From Candidatus Latescibacterota bacterium (GTDB lineage: Bacteria; Krumholzibacteriota; Krumholzibacteriia; WVZY01), in NCBI GenBank assembly GCA_963791045.1, contig CAWBQK010000003.1:1-64000 (forward strand): DNA of 64,000 bases, written 5' to 3'. This document shows positions 62,587-64,000 of the stretch, piece after piece; within the stretch, counting starts at the first letter, position 1, and each line of letters opens with the position of its first letter. A model generated the notes under the pieces. That model saw nothing but the letters and a program-made list of their open reading frames with translations, ran no database searches and was not told where the DNA came from. A program made the translations under genes and the position numbers.

Positions 62587-63291
62587 ATGACAGCGAGAAC
62601 GGTGCTTGTCGTCGACGATGAAGAGGATATTCTCGAACTTCTCGATTACAATCTCTCAAGAGAAGGGTTTCGCGTACTGAGGGTCACGAGCGGCGAAAGG
62701 GCGCTCGAGGTCGCCAAATCGGAAGCGCCGGATCTGATCGTCTTGGATCTGATGCTCCCCGGCCTCGATGGGCTCGACGTGTGCCGGCATCTCAAGAAGG
62801 ACGAAAGCACGGCGGGTATTCCCGTTGTGATGCTTACCGCCAAGGGGGAAGAGTCGGACATCGTTCTCGGGCTCGAGCTTGGGGCTGAAGACTACGTGAC
62901 AAAACCGTTCAGTCCGCGGATTCTGGTAGCGAGGGTGAAGGCGGTTCTGCGACGTCAATCCAGGTCGGAGGTGGAAGACAAAACGCCGATAAAGATCGGC
63001 GAGATCGAAATCCACCCGGGGCGTCATGAGGTTTTTGTGGACGGAAAATCCGTTCAACTCACGTTTACCGAATATGAGATTCTCTCGTTTTTGTCCCGCC
63101 GGCCCGGCTGGGTATTCACCCGTTACCAGATCGTCGAAGCGGTACGCGGCGATGACTACGCCGTAACGGATCGATCGGTCGATGTTCAGATTGTAGGCTT
63201 GCGAAAAAAACTTGGCAGTTCCGGGAGCTATATTGAGACGGTTCGTGGCGTCGGTTATCGGTTCAAGGAATCGACGGAAGACGACAATTAA
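62587..63291 (+). CDS. phoB: OmpR/PhoB family response regulator
   Basis: LVVDDE, PDLIVLDLMLPG, MLTAKGEESD, DYVTKPFS, RSVDVQIVGLRKKL, IETVRGVGY; paired with PhoR-like kinase. Confidence 0.8.
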   Translation: MTARTVLVVDDEEDILELLDYNLSREGFRVLRVTSGERALEVAKSEAPDLIVLDLMLPGLDGLDVCRHLKKDESTAGIPVVMLTAKGEESDIVLGLELGAEDYVTKPFSPRILVARVKAVLRRQSRSEVEDKTPIKIGEIEIHPGRHEVFVDGKSVQLTFTEYEILSFLSRRPGWVFTRYQIVEAVRGDDYAVTDRSVDVQIVGLRKKLGSSGSYIETVRGVGYRFKESTEDDN

Positions 63292-63343
63292 TAACGCGTG
63301 ACTCGAGGCAGAGTAACTCGACGAGATCAAGAGACCAGGACCT

Positions 63344-64000
63344 ATGCACCGAAAACGCATTCTTTGGCAGTTGTATCCGGCATTCTTGCTGGTATCGATT
63401 TTCCTTCTTCTCGCCGTGACGTGGTATTCGTCGCGGGCTTTCAGAACATTCTATCTGAATGAGACCGTCGCCGATCTTGAAGCGAGAGCACTCATCTTTG
63501 AGCATCACGTCGAAGAGCCATTGACACAGGACGACTGGACGGCGGTCGACGAACTTTGCAAGCTCCTCGGCCGGGAGTCTGCAACACGGCTGACCGTCAT
63601 CCTGCCCACCGGCGTCGTCGTCGGTGATTCAGATGAAGATCCGGCGAGGATGGAAAACCATTCCGATCGGCCGGAAATCATCACCGCCGCAACGACGGGT
63701 GAGACGGGCAGTTCCATACGATACAGCAGCACACTCGGTACGCGAATGATGTATGTCGCGATACCGATCCCCGGTACTGGGAGCCCGGCTGCGGTGGTTC
63801 GCGCCTCGGTTCCCCTGGGATCGCTCGACAGCGCACTCAATGGTATTTATGGAAAAGTCGTTTTCGGCGGCCTCGTTATCGCGCTAGTTGTTGCCGTCGT
63901 GAGTTTTGTGATAACGCGGAGGATCACGCGGCCCCTCGAAGAGCTCAAACGTGGGGCGGAGAGGTTTGCCGAGGGAGATCTCGCTACCCCCCTCGCCGTC
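63344..64000 (+). CDS. phoR: PhoR-like sensor histidine kinase; 3' end runs off the window
   Basis: Manual translation MHRKRILWQLYP...RLTVILPTGVVVGDSDEDPARMENHSDRPEI...RYSSTLG, second TM, HAMP ITRPLEEL. Confidence 0.8.
   Translation, partial: MHRKRILWQLYPAFLLVSIFLLLAVTWYSSRAFRTFYLNETVADLEARALIFEHHVEEPLTQDDWTAVDELCKLLGRESATRLTVILPTGVVVGDSDEDPARMENHSDRPEIITAATTGETGSSIRYSSTLGTRMMYVAIPIPGTGSPAAVVRASVPLGSLDSALNGIYGKVVFGGLVIALVVAVVSFVITRRITRPLEELKRGAERFAEGDLATPLAV

Overview
Bacterial chromosomal window, roughly 58-60% GC by eye, gene-dense, about 53 genes. No rRNA, tRNA, CRISPR array, integrase or transposase was recognised. Two secreted proteins end in a YPNPFNP...FlgD-Ig/T9SS-like tail, suggesting an FCB-group candidate lineage such as Krumholzibacteriota or Latescibacterota (inference). 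Many genes at 1.7-6.6 kb, 10-21 kb, 40.5-42 kb and 50.4-54.2 kb are broken by 1-nt indels that look like long-read errors. Content, left to right: (1) OprC/NosA-like TonB receptor, DUF3047, PA-domain zinc protease with a small partner, mscL, an SGNH lipoprotein and a saccharopine/lysine dehydrogenase. (2) A 14-kb metal/metalloid block: RAPP-motif DUF2946-like leader, porin, SBP and two permeases without an ATPase, CoA-disulfide reductase with an ArsR-rhodanese regulator, and an arsR-arsP-trx-arsF-arsG-acr3-CDF operon. (3) A DUF3857/transglutaminase pair, a menA-like gene and a large secreted protein. (4) A translationally coupled operon of a Ddl-like ATP-grasp ligase fused to a degenerate M20 domain, an atypical cytoplasmic GGT and an N-formylglutamate amidohydrolase, preceded by asnB. 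This is the best candidate for an undescribed system. (5) Glycosyltransferases, an M28 peptidase, pstSCAB with a four-hairpin 33-bp array upstream, metE, sulfotransferase/flippase, HDAC, AsmA, Crp/Fnr, YihY and phoBR. All family assignments come from motif recognition by eye; no database searches were run.
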